DNA of 59,341 nt, counting the filler, from Dirinaria sp. TL-2023a (Eukaryota): assembly GCA_051941275.1 (NCBI GenBank). It is 7 parts of 7 records of this genome, joined end to end, with 100 filler letters (N's around TTAATTAATTAA, not from the genome) between each part and the next. Parts side by side here need not be neighbours in the genome. Positions count along the whole stretch, not along the records: positions 8,509 to 16,915 come from JAVEBF010001186.1; positions 17,016 to 25,416 come from JAVEBF010001187.1; 5 more parts are not named here. One strand, written 5' to 3'. The notes below the pieces were generated by a model that worked only from the letters and a program-made list of their open reading frames with translations, was not told the origin of the DNA and ran no database searches. A program made the translations under genes and the position numbers. Shown in pieces: positions 9,144-21,101 of this stretch (within the stretch, counting starts at the first letter, position 1; every line of letters begins with the position of its first letter).

Positions 9144-11785
9144 TTAGAAGTCGTTGCTGAGATTGGGGCTGTATATTTCATCGTCTTTAAGAGAGAAATC
9201 CGCCATCTCGCGCTTTGACTCTGGGACCTCTGCTAGGTCCATATCGATTGTGCGGGCAGTCAGAGCAAACCTCAGCTTGTCTGTGGGTTTTGCCGCATGC
9301 TGTGTTTATGTTAACACTGTCATTTTGTTCAACGTTCAGTGATCAGCTTACCTCGAAATACTGCTGTATTTCAGCACCATGCATGATGACATAGTCACCA
9401 TGCTTTAGTTTCATTTTCAAGAGAACCGGGCACTCTCTTCCACGGTTCTCCTTGGCGGTATCATTCTTCCACTTCGAATACAGCTCCATCTTCTCCTTTT
9501 CAAACTGGGTCTTGGAAACATGCCCGAATTTAGAGTTCAGATCCCGTCTCTCCTTCCAGAATTTTGACCCTTCAAGAACTATCTTGGCAGGATCGTATTT
9601 CTCGGGATCCGTCATCATCATTTTGGGCGACCAATGCCCGTCTTTCATTCGAAAGCTGAAATCGGCTTCTCCACCAAGAGACAAGGACCCAACCGTGATC
9701 CCTAGTCCTTTCTCTCCGTCATCGTGGTACTGAAAATATGATTAGAACGATCTAGATCTCTTTTGTGAAAGCCAGGACTTACGCCCATCTCGTTGCCCTC
9801 CTTGTATCCCACTGCCAACAGTTCATTGGGCTTTTCATATTCCGTGACTCCCAGCAGTCCGAGTGCAAAACTGCAAGCCCAAGTGATGCGGCCCAAAGCT
9901 TTCATGATAGGTTTAGGGGCTTCGCTAAAAGACAGCATGCCAACAGCAGCGACATACTTGTACTGCGCTCCCTGCACAAACATAAGCGAGCTGCAAGACT
10001 TTAGACGGCAGTAGAAGACTTACGTAGTTGACTGCAAAATGCTTGGTCAACAATCCTCCTTCAACTGCTAATGCATTAGTATGAGCTAAAGAAATAGGCT
10101 CAAAGGTCTTTACCAAGACAAGCACCAGACATCATATTCCGCTGCAAAGGAATTTCTTTGTTTCCTTGCATCGCCTCGAAGAGATTGTCAATGCCGATAT
10201 TCTCAGGATTACTAGCGTGGATATGGACGATATAATTGGCAGGCATGACTTGATAGATGCTGACAAGAAAGTTGCCGTGAATCTGATACGTCCATGCCTG
10301 GAAAGGATATCTGCAGAAGTTCTCGATCCTCGCATGTTTCCAATAACCCATTCCTTCATCAGGAAGGAATAGTGCTGCTGGTAGTATCGCTTTCTTGAGA
10401 GAGTACATCCAGTTACAGCCTTTGACATCGCATTTCCAATAATGCCAGTCTTTAGCGGCGATGCAGTTCCCACAGCGTTCACAAGGCACACCTCTCCATG
10501 CAGATCGACTAGCCCACAGAGTTGGGTTCTTCGCATCATCTTTGAGGGTGCTTGGAACCAACGCCGTCGATGGTTTGCGCTGCGGAACTTCGCGTTCGGC
10601 TAAGAAGTCAGGATTTAGGGCGAAATCCTGGACTTTAACGCCATTGATTTGGCAGTACTCCTCACAATGCTCGTTCAGGCATGTCCAACCGATGGTGTAT
10701 ATTTGCGAGCTTGTCTGACTGCAGAGATCACAGGATTGACGCAGAGCTTGGAAAGCGAAGTCTCGCACTTGTGGGGGTGATGGCGTCTTTTCTGCTGCCC
10801 ACCAACTCTTCTCTCCCAGATCGAGTTTCTGGAGCCGAACTTTGAAAGCGATTTTGCCCCCGTTTGGCTCGGGCCAAACATGTGTCACCACAAACCAACC
10901 CAAGACATTGTATCGATGCGGCATAGCAGCGGGGCAGTGAGTGTTACGTGACCCTAAGATCACGGCCAGAGGATCATTATTGTCCCAGTTCTTCAAGAAA
11001 GATTGTACAGTGGAATCAGTTCGCTTGTGATCCACAATTTGCTCGCGTAAAGCATCATTCGTGATTCGACAACCGCCGCCACTGATCAACTACATTAGCT
11101 TTGGATAATACCTGGGTTAGGAGAAGAGGCCTTACGTCTTGTGAATGATGATCTCCTCGTCCATGTATGCAGAATCATCAAGTGCATAGTCAAGCATGAC
11201 CCCATAAACTCTTCCACCGTGGGTGTAGGCCGATGATTGATAGGCCCGATAATACGGCAAGGATTCGCAGAGCGCTTGACGAGTTTCAGCGAACACTAGG
11301 GGCTTGCCAAAAGCACGTGGCTTGGCCGCGTTGATAGCGGCAGCACCGAGGAGTTTCGTGAGCATGGCTGATTCTTTCTTGGTTGGAGGGACCCAAGAGA
11401 GGGCCTTGTCATTAGGAAGCGCAGCAACAACTTCCGAGGAGGAGACGTCTGCACTTGTAGACAAGACTTGGGCAGATTGAGAAGTTGAGCTAGTAGAAAC
11501 AGCCCCTGGAGAACAGGCCTCGGCACTGGAAGACAGAGCTTGAGTAGAAATGTCTACGCTAGAAGAAGCATTGTTACGAGAGACCTCTTCATTAAGAGAC
11601 GGTGCTTCGTTCACAAAGATAGTAGCAGCATCGTTACCAGCAGAGACTTCTTCATTAAGAGACTGTGCTTTGTTCATGGAGGCAGTAGCAGCGCGGGTTG
11701 ATCGCTTGGTTACCGGCTGATCTGTTGCACTCGCCTTACGCTTTCTGGACTTGGCTGCCACTAGAGCAGCTTTCTTTGGTGGCAT
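9144..11785 (-). CDS. Fungal AlkB-like 2OG-Fe(II) dioxygenase with an N-terminal SRA/SAD-like region and Cys clusters (multi-exon)
   Basis: Spliced ORFs give the metal triad YHDDGEKGLGITVGSLSLG (about 9675-9730) followed by HGDYVIMHG..IQQYFE|HAAKPTDKLRFALTAR (HxD...H...RxxxxxR). Cys clusters CDLC..WTCLNEHC and CERC..WKCDVKGC. Basic NLS-like N-terminus (KSRKRK). Stop TAA at 9144-9146. Confidence 0.82.
11579..11676 (-). repeat. In-frame degenerate direct repeat with 63-nt (21-aa) period in the low-complexity N-terminus of the AlkB-like gene
   Basis: agagacctcttcattaagagacggtgcttcgttca at 11579 versus agagacttcttcattaagagactgtgctttgttca at 11642; peptides AQSLNEEVS and APSLNEEVS. Confidence 0.8.
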
Positions 11786-14011
11786 GATTGTAGCTGTCGA
11801 ACATTCTCGTCAGTATGTCTGGAACTCAAAAAGGGACATAGACAGCAGTGGAGTGGTAGGGTGCGGGTCAGATGCAGTGAGTGGAAGAACAATCGCTCAC
11901 CTCGAGACGATCGCCAAAACGATATCGAATGTTCCACACTCCACAGAGCCTGTGCAGCAGCTGCCGAGGAAGAGGATACTTAACTTGGATTGTGAGAGAG
12001 TCAAAACGGAGGCAGGTAGAACTGGGTATGGATGGTCAAGAGAGAGGAGAAGGTGGAGGGTGAAGTGGAAAGAGGAAGAGGAGGAAAGAGGAGGAAAGAG
12101 TGCGAGAGTGAGGATTAAATAGTGCGAGATGACGAATCCTCCACCGCGCTAAGTGAATTCGGGCTTGATGAAGAACGACGATGAAGTCGCCAATGTGCCT
12201 TCATCCGGTATGGCGAGGACGCCATTCACTTTAGTATCACTCGAGTGGAGCTTCAATCGCTCCACCACTGCCAAATAGTATGGATGGATGAAGACGCGAG
12301 AGCCGGAGCGGTGAAGTTTTGTCCTCTGTTGTGCTTGATAAGGAATTCTTGTCAATGGCCTAGTGAAGTAGTCTCGAGACGGCTTCACAAGGACCACGAT
12401 CACCAGACTCGGGGATAGCAGATTAGGCTCCACTGATGAATTCCGGCTGAGGCAATTCCGTGCTTTACCTTCAAATATGGCGGTGTGGCACTGGGATAGT
12501 TCACTGTATCGAGTAGCCCGAAGGGACTTGACAGTAGCAATGGTCACACAGAGCAAGGATGGAAGATGAACACCGGAAGACTCGGCATCCACAAACAGGC
12601 CCCACTGTCCTAATGTAATGTACTTTAATGCAATTGTGCAATGACAGTGGAGGGCAGCAGAGCTCATCCCGTTCCAGCTGTGTGTACTAAGGTAGACTTG
12701 TGCTACCTTGACCCAGGTAGGGTGTGCCTCGACACCGACAGCACTCCAGTTAGGAGGTGAAAGAGTAAAAGCTGGAAAAGGGAGAGGCCTAGAGAAACAT
12801 GATATGGGCCAGGGAAGGTAAAGGCAACAGTGACTGGAAGGAGTGTGGCCTCTGCTGAGAGATCTATCCTAGGTATTTACTATAAATACCATTGCAAGAT
12901 ACAACATAAGAGACCAATATGATGTATGAGTTCTATAGCTTACTTTCGTGTAGGAGCCTCCCCTACGGTCTGATGGGTTCCTTACCATTGCAGTCTTGAC
13001 AGCAATTATTTTACTTGAGTAATAGCCCCAGAAAGCCAACCAATATCACAGCGGGGTCCTCCGTCCTCGCTACAGTACCTTATAGTTAGATGCGTAGCCC
13101 TTAGCTTGAGGAAGCGAGGAATGGTAAAGATTGGCTATTTGCCTTACCTCCATGGACACGTGCTCATCGATCGATCACGGATGTCCGTTGGTCACCCAGT
13201 GCGGAGACTGGCACAGCAAAGAAATCATCAAGGCGAATTCTGCAACGCAAACTGCCTCAACGATCGAACACTCCCTCGAGTACCAAACCCAACATACCTA
13301 GCCACATTGGAGAAGCATGGCGCCAAGGTAGGTAGGGAGCAGTCGCTCTCAGACAGGCCAGACTCACACTGGGTTGTCATTGTTGCTTACCTTAAGGTAC
13401 GAGAGTGCTCTCTAGCAAAAGTGTGAGAAATGAGCGAGAAGGAGCGCTAGGCTCTACTAGTGAGGTGGGCCCCAGCTTGCCGAGACTAGAATCGCTACCG
13501 AGGTTCCGCTCTTTCCCCCCGTCAACACCAGCCAGTGGTTGCCCATCCTGGGTTACCTTAGCTTAAAGTACTACTCGACGACACTCGTGATTACCTACAG
13601 TAAGGTACCTAAGGTAGGTAGTTTCCGGTATTCAGGTATTGTGCTCGTACAGTCATCGCAATATCTACTTCAGCATCGCGTCGCCGGAGCTGGCCACCAG
13701 TTCAATTGCCTCATGGTCTTGGTAGGTCGTTGTGGCAAACGCGGCGGGGTGCGCGAGTACATCGCGTGCTCACGGGACGATGTCGCTACTACAGGATGGC
13801 GTCACTTTGTACCTGGCTAACGAGCCGCTTTCACAACTTTAGCCTAAGACAAATATCGTGCAAGGTGATGCAGAGAGATAGAAGAGCCTGACTCAGCACC
13901 CCTAGAGTCTTTGGTCTACTTCTGCTCACTCTCAAATCAAGTGGTGACCGACCACTCAGGTAGCTGGAGTTCAATCTCATTAACATTCCAGCCAGTGCTA
14001 TTCAATTCGCA

Positions 14012-16110
14012 ATGGTCTTCTATCCTCCGGCATGGGTTCCCAAGCTACCCTTTGACCCTCCGGACTCGATACCTATCAATGAATTCATGTTCAACGAAAA
14101 ATATGGTCGCCATCCTCTTGCTCAATCGAAGGCACCCTTCACTTGCGGCCTAGATGGCACCGAGTATTCGGCTATTGAAGTACGGGAGCGGGTTGACAAG
14201 CTAGCCCGAGCGCTTTCGCAAGAGTTGGGCTGGGCCGTCAACCAGGGAACGGAATGGGACAAGGTAGCGGCGATATTCAGTGTCAATACAGTATGTAGTA
14301 TGAAGAAAAGCGAAATTCGTAGGAATCGATAAGTCTAATACCACTGCTACACCTAGATCGATACTCTGACAGTATCCTGGGCAATCCACCGACTGTCTGG
14401 AGTATCATCACCAGTCAATGCTGCCTATTCTCGCTTTGAGCTTGTCCATCAGCTGAAATCGTCTGGTTCTAAAGCTCTCTTCACCTGTGCTCCTTTACTC
14501 TCTTTAGCTCTCGAGGCCGCATCCGAGTGCGGTATCCCCAGGAAGAATGTGTTCCTGTTCTCTTTACCAAAGGCGGCTACGGGCGGTGCAATCGCTGCAC
14601 AAGAGTTCAGGACCGTAGACGCAATGATCGAACTTGGAGCGAGCTTACCACCTTTGGAAGAGCTCAAGTGGGAGGAGGGTCAAGGTGCACGACAGACAGC
14701 ATTCCTGTGTTACTCTTCTGGTACTTCCGGCTTGCCTGTGAGTATCGTTCTTGCAGCTACTATCAATTGCTGAAGTTGAGCTTCCTCGAATACAGAAAGG
14801 GGTAATGATCTCTCACCGCAATGTCATCGCCAACGTGCTACAAATCTCAACCTACGAGTCGAAATATCGGCGATCCTTGATAAACAGCAAGTTCGACTCC
14901 CGGGAGAATATTCTTGGCCTTTTGCCAAACAGCCACATCTACTCGCTCGTGGTTATCTGCCACACGCACCCCTATCGCGGTGATCAAGTCGTAAATCTCC
15001 CCAAATTCGAGATCAATCAATTTCTCCAGACCATCGAAAGATTCAATTTAAACAGCTTATACTTGGTATGTTATCCAAGAAGGAAAAGGCCGGTGATAAG
15101 GATCGCTAATTCTCTGCAAGGTTCCACCCATTATCATCATAATGGCCAAGAACAAGAGCCTCTGCGACAAATATAATCTGCAGTCTGTTAGATCCCTCTT
15201 TACAGGTGCTGCACCTCTCGGGTTTGAAACGGCGGAGGAGCTGCAAAGGCAGTATCCCAGTTGGAAAATCAGGCAAGGCTACGGTAGGTATCAGTTGTTA
15301 AATGCCTACAGGAGAAGATTGGAATATCTAACAGTCATGGTAGGCATGACAGAGACAAGCACGGTGGTACTATCTTCTGCCCATGATGACATCTGGTTTG
15401 GATCAAGCGGAAGCATTATTCCAGCCGTCGAAGCCAAGATCATGTCTACCGATGGCAAGGAGATTACTGAATATGACAAGCCAGGCGAGCTTGTGATCAA
15501 ATCACCAAGCGGTGTCCTGGGCTACCTCAACAACGAAAAAGCGACACGAGAAACCTTCCAAGACGGTTGGGTGAGGACAGGTGACGAGGCTCTGGTCAGG
15601 GTGGGCCCGAAGGGAACAGAGCACGTTTTCGTTGTAGATCGCATAAAAGAGTTGATCAAAGTCAAGGCATGGCCCTGCTATCCTACCTATATACGTCTGT
15701 GTTGGTGCTAATTTAGCCCCAGGGACTCCAAGTGGCACCTGCGGAGCTGGAAGCGCATTTATTGGATCATCCCGCCGTCGCCGATGCCTGTGTGATTCCG
15801 GTGCCCGACGAAGCAGCGGGAGAAATACCCAAAGCTTACGTGGTCAAATCTTCCTCTGTGGGGTTGGAAGATAACGATCGTATGCTCATTCGTGACATCC
15901 AGAAACATGTAGAGAAGGAGAAAGCGCGACACAAGTGGTTGAAAGTACGCCAAATCAGCTCTTTTCTCGCACGTGGCACACACTGACCCTTTGTAGGGTG
16001 GAGTAGAGTTCATCGATGTCATTCCCAAGAGCCCTAGCGGCAAGATCCTTCGACGAATGCTGAGAGACAGAGACAGGGAAGCAAGGAGGCAAAAGGGGGC
16101 CAAGTTGTAG
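14012..16110 (+). CDS. 4-coumarate/phenylacetyl-CoA ligase-like AMP-binding enzyme, peroxisomal (PTS1 AKL); 7 exons
   Basis: YSSGTSGLP|KG AMP-binding motif, QGYGMTE, RTGD, VDRIKELIKVK|GLQVAPAELE and IPKSPSGKILRR. C-terminus ends GAKL-stop at 16110. Confidence 0.93.
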
Positions 16111-16569
16111 GCCAAATACGAGCAGAAGTGCTCGATGCTGCTACGGTAGCTGTTCCATGACTTGACCCAGTACGAGGGTAGCCGTACAGGAGCATATATC
16201 AAGGTACTTGGTGGTGAATATGATGAGACCAACGGCAGGTATTATTTGACGACTCGTAGGATTTATTGTGGATTTCTAATGAAGTAACCTATCAATGTAT
16301 ATCTACTCTCCCGAAGGCAATATTTTGCCGACTTGACTATCGCATCATACATTACATTAGTTGATCATGTCTCATTCTAGAAGTCTAGAACCCACGAACG
16401 CTAGCCCTTCCATAGAAGCGAAAAGATACCTGCTCAGTAAGCAATGTTGTAAGCCTTCTGTAAAGTACGATATAAAGCGTTGGCACAAACTTTTCCGTGA
16501 AAGGTCTCGATCCATGAGTAATCCAACTCGAAGACAAGACCAACTCCTCCCTACTAAAAACCCACAACA

Positions 16570-16915
16570 ATGACCACCCGCAACCCTCCTGCACAGCAAG
16601 ACGAAACGGCCGCCGCCGACGACGACGCTCTGCTCGATGCATCCGAAGCGGCCGAAGAGATCCCCACAGACGGAGACCACCCCATGGACTCCGACCCCTC
16701 CGACTCCGACCCAGAAGAAGAAGAAGAAGAAGAAATCCAACTCGAAAACAACTCCCTCGCGCACTTCGACGCACACACCGACTCCATCTTCTGCATCGCC
16801 CAACACCCGCTCGACCCCTCCCTCATAGCCACAGGCGGGGGCGACGACACAACGTACCTATTCTCCACCACACCCCCATCTCGACCTCTGCCCGCCTCCT
16901 ACGAAACCTCTCCTC
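16570..16915 (+). CDS. sqt1: Ribosome assembly WD40 protein Sqt1/AAMP, 5' part only (truncated by gap)
   Basis: Acidic N-terminus with DHPMDSD and EEIQLENNSLAHFDAHTDSIFCIAQHP..IATGGGDD, characteristic of fungal Sqt1. Confidence 0.8.
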
Positions 16916-17015
16916 NNNNNNNNNNNNNNNNNNNNNNNNNNNNNNNNNNNNNNNNNNNNTTAATTAATTAANNNNNNNNNNNNNNNNNNNNNNNNNNNNN
17001 NNNNNNNNNNNNNNN
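16916..17015. other. Artificial contig spacer
   Basis: N44-TTAATTAATTAA-N44. Confidence 0.99.
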
Positions 17016-17199
17016 ATGATATGTTTGACTGTATTTACAAGTCTGTTTTATGTATCTATGCTTCTATATGCGATTTTTCGCTTCGCTCACTGAATTCCTG
17101 TTTAATTCAGCTACCATGCAATGATCTAACTGCAACAATTTGTCTTAACAGGATAAACACCACCCTTATCAGCTTTTTTGGTTAAGCTATACTACCTTA

Positions 17200-18174
17200 T
17201 CATACAACGCTCCACTCTCCGAAATTCGGCCGACCCACTTGCCCTTTATCCAACAATCCATTGCCTACATGCATACGATCAACAAGCACTCCGATGCTCA
17301 CCTCACAGAACCTGCCGCGCGCCAGCATCCACGCTGGCATCTGCCTGACAGTTTCAAAGAGCCATCTATACTCAAAATAAGGGGCCCGTGTACGGATCGA
17401 ATAGGGCTCGAAGAGCATGGAAACCTGGGTCCCGGGAGTGCCTTTGATCTCCAAATACGTGGGCACGGTGTCGGTGATATCACGATCGGCGAGCCCAAAG
17501 AAGACGTTGTTCGCCATCAGGAACACGTCTGGGAGCGGGATCGTCTGGCTATCGGGACGTATGATGAACGCAGGCATCACGACCTCATTGGTTGCTGTGG
17601 CATTGATGATGGCTGTTGTTGTCGAGTTCGAAAGCGCTGCTGCAGCAGCGGCTGAGCCGGAGACATTCTGACGCGCCGCCGCCGTCTGTGGTTTTTCGTA
17701 GAATACTGTTGCAACAACCTGGTCATCCCATAGACAAGAGACATAGGCTTCGACAAAATTGCGACTGATGATAAGCTGGCCGAGGCCCCAGTGAACGCAT
17801 GACATCACCATCTCGTTCGTCTTCTCAGTCTGTGTGTTCGGGTTCAGAACCACGTCAATGATCACGCGCGGGTATGTGGCTGCGTGGAAATGCTCGTTGG
17901 TCGCTTCACCGTGGAAATCCCTCAGCGCAAGGGAATTCAGTGCCTCGATCCCGTTCATCATCAGGGAGATGGCATCAATGGGAGTCTGTGACACATGTAG
18001 TACCTGACCGAAGTGTGGACTGTAACCGCCCAGTCTCGTTTGCGAAACATTAGTATTAGCTGGCTGGATGATTGACGAGGTGCCGCCGCGATTCAATGCC
18101 GCTGCACTTCCGCTGGAAACGCCGTACACAGCTATAAGACCAACAACGTGGAGAATCATTGCTTGAACGATCAT
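17200..18174 (-). CDS. Hypothetical secreted protein (324 aa) built from two tandem homologous domains
   Basis: Signal-peptide-like N-terminus, several N-x-S/T sites, and an internal repeat separated by an Ala/Thr-rich linker. Confidence 0.7.
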   Translation of the reverse strand: MIVQAMILHVVGLIAVYGVSSGSAAALNRGGTSSIIQPANTNVSQTRLGGYSPHFGQVLHVSQTPIDAISLMMNGIEALNSLALRDFHGEATNEHFHAATYPRVIIDVVLNPNTQTEKTNEMVMSCVHWGLGQLIISRNFVEAYVSCLWDDQVVATVFYEKPQTAAARQNVSGSAAAAAALSNSTTTAIINATATNEVVMPAFIIRPDSQTIPLPDVFLMANNVFFGLADRDITDTVPTYLEIKGTPGTQVSMLFEPYSIRTRAPYFEYRWLFETVRQMPAWMLARGRFCEVSIGVLVDRMHVGNGLLDKGQVGRPNFGEWSVV

Positions 18175-18983
18175 GCTGCCTTAGCTTTCTGGTCCGGTAT
18201 TCGGATTAAAACCAATGAACTCAGCTATTAAAGGTGCGAGCGCCATCGCGTTTCTTATACAAGGCCGCTTGTCGCTTGTACCTCTCGAACGGGTCGCTTG
18301 GTTTGGAGTGACGTTGACTTTTTGCTATCTTTGCGACGCACGCGTTTCCATCCGTCTTCTAAGAAAAGTACTTCGTCAGCCATCTTCCCATCCACATCCA
18401 AGTGCGGCCGCGGCAGTAATAATGGCACCACACTGCTCTGAAATTCAAGTTAGATTTCCTTTAACAATATTAATAGCTTTTCATTGACTGCACATCCGAA
18501 TACTTAAGGTATCGTTACTGCAGGTTTTGTGGGCCTTCGTTGAACCTATCTGCCTGATGTTGCGATAGATTTGTTGTAAGACTGAGAAACTCACCACCAC
18601 TAAGAAATTGCCAAGATAGTTTGACAAAAGCGGTTATACTGTAGATAAGTCAGTACCTTAGACTCTGGGTATATACTGCCCACAAAAGTTCTTCCTTTAG
18701 TTTTTAGGCAATTGCATACCAATACACACACACATAGGTTCAATTCACTTCATAAACGCCTCCCAAATAATCTAAATTTGACATTTGTTGACATTTCTAG
18801 CTGGGTTAAAGACATAAGTATCGTCATATAGAGACCGTCGACGAGCGTCTCAAACGTAAAAAGCTGATGCCACCACTGTATTGCCGCTTCCATTATTTCA
18901 GTTGTCAGCCACGCTGACCTGCTCCCGTGCTCTCACTTCTAGCAGTCTATGTCGGAGAAGTACGTACAGTCTGTAGATAAAAG

Positions 18984-21101
18984 CTAGAAGCCTGCATCTT
19001 GGGGCGTAGCGGGAAAAAATGGCTTGTCGAGATTAGACGTACAAGCCTCTTTCCAGTTCTTCGGGGTAAATTTATCGCATATTGCTTTGAAAGCCTCCTA
19101 AAAAAGTCCTTAGCAAAGTGCAGCCCATGCAATAAGTGCTGGAATTGGGATACCAGAGTGCAAAAGCTCTCATTCCCGTCCAAGTGCTTTCCCTGCGGTC
19201 GGCAGCCAGGAACTGTCATCGGCCGGTCATTGTATCGTAGGCGCACGAAATACCCATCCATTTTCTCTTTTTCTGCGTTACCCAGGTTTTCCGTTGCTTT
19301 TCCTGATATACCTCCTTCGTCATTCATCGTGCTTTCCGTGCTTTCCGTACTCCAAAAGCTCGGCATTCGCGAACTCAACTTCGCTTTTGAAGTCGGTTTC
19401 TTGAGCTCTTGTGCGTCATCCCGCCGAAAGAGCTCCACAGCTAGATGGCTCGTATAAGGTGGCCATTTCTCACCTTCGAAAGTGCCTAAACTTGACAGCA
19501 TAGCGGCTAGTGTATGGTCGTGACACCCGCTCATGCCGAACTTGATACGTTGCTCGCCACTCCTACCTTGAGAAAGACCGCCGTCTTCATCTCCAGCCTC
19601 CAGTATATAATCGTCGCTCTCATCCAGGACACTTCTCATCATACCTGATTCGTCTTCAATCAATTCTATACTATACCAACGTGGGGTAGATACTTACGCG
19701 AAACGACGTCACCGACGAGAGCGCCAATGCCAACGGTCCTATACTCTTGACTTTCTTTGTAGCCGGAGTACCACCTAATTTTGTTACTACTTGACCAGCT
19801 TGACAAGGTGTACCACTCGCTCACTCTTCAACGGCAATCTTATCACCAATTTCTCTAACTTTAGTGTCGTAAAAGTTCGAGGGGAGCTTGGTCTTTGGGC
19901 CATGAGCTAAAGTAGAGTTGATGGTGTCCATAATGCCGCAGAGTCGAGGATGTGAGTCCACAGCCACATCGTGCGAACCATCTTCCTGCTCAGGCATCCA
20001 TTTTGATATGAGAAAGTTGATATAGGTCATCTCCTTTGTATCATTCCCTGGATGCCGGGTCAAGATTTTATTTCCTAGGGCGGATGTCCCGACTCACAGC
20101 GCTTTGCAGCACGTTGGGCGAAGGCTCTGCTGAGCTGATTGAATCGACGGCAATTGCTTTCATTCGGGAGCAATGTCTCATCGGCCGGTGTCCGCGTAAT
20201 GACAGTCGGCGGGGAGAAAGATGCCGTCCGAGCAGTGAGGGGATACATGCCCCAGAAACTTTGCTGTATGGATTCCAAGGCACGCGGCAGTGGTGTTGCT
20301 CTCAGATACATCATGTCCGCATTGGCGATTAATTTTGGCATGAAACCCAGCTGATCAACATACAGATGCCGCAGTCGCTGTCCTAGTGCAAGAGTCGTCT
20401 CACGCCCTTTATCGGTCAACTGGCCCAGGTCACTGAGTGTAAAATACTCAGCTTCTTTTCGCCTATAATCAGGTGAGGTGCTATTACCATACTGCATCGA
20501 CTTCTCCCTGAGGGCCGGTCGCAATGACTGGCCTGTCGTCTTTGCCGAAGGTCTCAAGCCGACGTCGCCATTTTAGCTGATCCCAGGACGACCAATTGTT
20601 CTTGTCCATCTGAAGACTTGTCATCTGTCTGGCAGCATTACAGTACGGCCAATCTACGCATATTAGTCGCAAAGATAGTGCGCACCGGGAAACCAGCGAC
20701 TGACAAGTAGGAAGACCGGTCTAGTCAATACCAATCAGCAATGTCAGTCGAGAATAACGTATATGTGGCGGCTTACATTTTCGAAACGGAAAGCCACCGG
20801 GCTTCTCTCGCCTTTTAATAGGACTCAGATTCATTTCAGTAGTAAAGCCGGCTTCTCCTAGGTTACGTACCATGGCGGAGCAACTGAAGATCGATTTTTG
20901 AATTAGTTGCGTTTAATAGCCATGGTGGATATTTTTTTTGCTCGCGAAAGAGAATAGCGGGATGCAATGATGATTGGAGGCAATAACAGCGAATCGGAGC
21001 AGTTTACTGACAATTTGCACCAGCTGAAGTTTGAGTCCTTGAGGGTAGAGGTCCTCGAGCTCACTGGGCGAATAAGGTTCCCTAGGTTGGAAAGTGGTCA
21101 T
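18984..21101 (-). CDS. Histidine acid phosphatase (clade 2; ACP6/phytase-like), multi-exon with micro-exons
   Basis: Spliced catalytic motif LQLVQI|LLRHG|ERSP (RHGxRxP), GQLTDKG, YLRATPLPRALES and GCHDHTLA (HD motif). Final exon EAFKAICDKFTPKNWKEAC...AGF-stop at 18984. Confidence 0.88.

Noticed and set aside
4912..11785. rvt plus the AlkB-like dioxygenase as a linked chromatin or nucleic-acid modification system
   Set aside because: They are on different contigs separated by an artificial spacer, so the adjacency comes from size sorting.
12149..13900. Short ORFs (for example 172 aa at 12149-12667) between the AlkB-like and ligase genes
   Set aside because: No recognisable motifs or coding-like composition; likely a divergent promoter or intergenic region.
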